A stretch of DNA of 63,708 nucleotides, filler included, from Octopus bimaculoides (lineage: Eukaryota), in NCBI RefSeq assembly GCF_001194135.2. It is 8 parts of 7 records of this genome, joined end to end, with 100 filler letters (N's around TTAATTAATTAA, not from the genome) between each part and the next. Parts side by side here need not be neighbours in the genome. Positions count along the whole stretch, not along the records: positions 61,456 to 63,708 come from NC_068983.1; 7 more parts are not named here. One strand, written 5' to 3'. Made by a program: the position numbers and the translations under genes. Below are positions 61,805 through 63,708 of this stretch, piece after piece (within the stretch, counting starts at the first letter, position 1; every line of letters begins with the position of its first letter). The notes beneath the pieces were generated by a model. It made no database searches. It saw nothing but the letters and a program-made list of their open reading frames with translations, and had not been told where the DNA came from.

Positions 61805-62177
61805 GAACTTATGATACCTTTACTTTTCGCTGTTCGTACTCTGTGTAAGTTGGACCTATTAATATAAATATCTATATATTTATACTTATAAATTCACCAT
61901 CTTTAAAGTTTTGCACTCTTTCGTTTTGCATGTATACATATATACATATTTTGTGTTTGATGTATTTAATATATTTAATATATTTGATGTGTCTAATTTG
62001 TTTATCCTCATAATTGCTTCTATACCCGCTCAATCTAATTTCTCTTATAGCCTTATTTTTTACCTTGTGGAATGACTCTCCCTCCTCTGTGGAATGACCC
62101 CCACCGGAGTCTAAGTTTGAATCTATTGGCCACTACTAAATATCTTCTATACGGAGAATATCTGGATTTCACCTGGA

Positions 62178-62250
<73 letters not shown>

Positions 62251-62339
62251 TGTATGTATGTATGTATATAGTTATGGTACATTCTGTTAAGAACGTAGTA
62301 GAGTACGTGCACAACCAAATGTGACACAGTCTTCGATAT

Positions 62340-62472
62340 TGTTCCCTCAATCCAGGATCAGATATAAGGTTTGAGCCGACACATGAGCCAAGGTTCTGCA
62401 GAGTCAGATTGAACCTGAACATCAAGATTACGAGATGAAATACTTTTTAACCATTGGCCATGGCTGCGCCCT
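62340..62472 (-). mobile_element. SINE family B-like head, degenerate
   Basis: gattgaacctgaac...ttaaccattggccatggctgcgcc (reverse of ggcgcag..tggttaa). Confidence 0.45.
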
Positions 62473-63667
62473 TTGAGAAAAATAACACACACACGCACAC
62501 ACACTCACACACACACACACTGGCGAAAGGTGAAAAATTTACGATAGTAAAATAATGTATTTAAAAAAACAAATTCCTGTTTGGTGCGTGACCCTATGAT
62601 GTCTGTTAATGCTCACCCACTTACTATATTTATTTGGATTTGGAATTGTTTAACTTAACGTGATTTTAGTTACGGTCGTACTGTGCAGGAACTTACACTC
62701 AACGCTAATGAAAAACAGGCTGTTTGTTGTATACACGTCACATCAAACGTTCTCAGTTTGCTCTTTACAGTAAAGCAATCCCATAAAGCATTCTTCTTTT
62801 TTCAGAACAATTATCATAAGTTCCGCTTTACAATCTATTATTCTTCGGAGTAGATTCTTTGAACATACTCTTCCTCTTCATTTTATGTGCTTGTTTATTT
62901 GTCTATTTGTTTGTTTGTTTGTACTTGTCGTAATTTCAGCAAAGTATTGATACCAATCAGCCAATTCTCCCTCAAATCACACTCTTATATATCAACCGAA
63001 ATCAACCGTTGATGGTTGATTTCTAGCGTAAAGGATGTCCACTTAGTGGTCATCCCTTCTCACATGTATGTAATATAATTTTTCTGAATTTTCAGAATAT
63101 TCTTTATGCTAGGTCACTGGTTTTAAATTGGTGTTAATTAAATTAATATCCAATTTATCACCCTTATTATTTAAATTTTATATATGTATATATGTATGTG
63201 TGTGTGTGTGTGTATGTATGTATGAGTCAATGTGGGAGACATCTTTATGGTTGGTTGTTAAACGTGGCAGAAATAGCATTCAATTCTCTTGAAAACGAAA
63301 GACTATCAAGAAATAAGAGAGAAATATCTCTCGCATCATTATAGAGCGAGGACTGAACTAAAGCTTCGCAATAAAAACAATAACAATATCTACATACACT
63401 CGCACGCACAGACACACACCACCAACAACAACAACAATAACACCACGACCACAACTACTATTTTGGAGCTGTAGTGATGATTCAAGGGTGAAATATGGCA
63501 AGTCGACATTGGCTGAATCTGATTGGCTGAAATTCCAAAGTATTTAAAGGTTCGTAGCATTTTTCTCATTATTATTTTCTAGAAATTATTGGTTCAAATT
63601 TTAGCACAATGTCAACAATTTTGAAGAAAGAGACATCAATAGTATCAACCCCAGTACTTAACTGTTA

Positions 63668-63708
<41 letters not shown>

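Overview
AT-rich, microsatellite-dense metazoan genomic DNA, almost certainly intergenic or intronic. The repeat families and microsatellite load suggest a cephalopod such as Octopus (inference, not verified). I find no supportable host protein-coding gene and no CRISPR or rRNA. Nearly all ORF-track ORFs are simple-repeat or N-gap artefacts. The window joins several contigs through seven identical 100-nt spacers (44 N + TTAATTAATTAA + 44 N), so adjacency across them is unproven. Recognisable content is decayed mobile DNA: three tRNA-derived SINE families, mariner/Tc1 and piggyBac remnants, a Merlin-like MITE carrying internal (CCCTAA)n, CR1/L2- and RTE-like relics, three Penelope-like (GIY-YIG) remnants, several R4/Dong-like RLE retrotransposons sitting in microsatellites, and an intron-containing tRNA-Ile(TAT)-like pseudogene. 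Best leads: (1) a ~348-nt tandem unit bounded by two minimal type I hammerhead ribozyme motifs (retrozyme-like, 5.7-6.2 kb), plus other degenerate hammerhead motifs; (2) a Penelope-like element whose GIY-YIG motif is split by a ~195-codon Asn/Ser/Thr-rich insert; (3) two RLE retrotransposon families apparently using different microsatellite targets, (TAA)n and (CATA)n.
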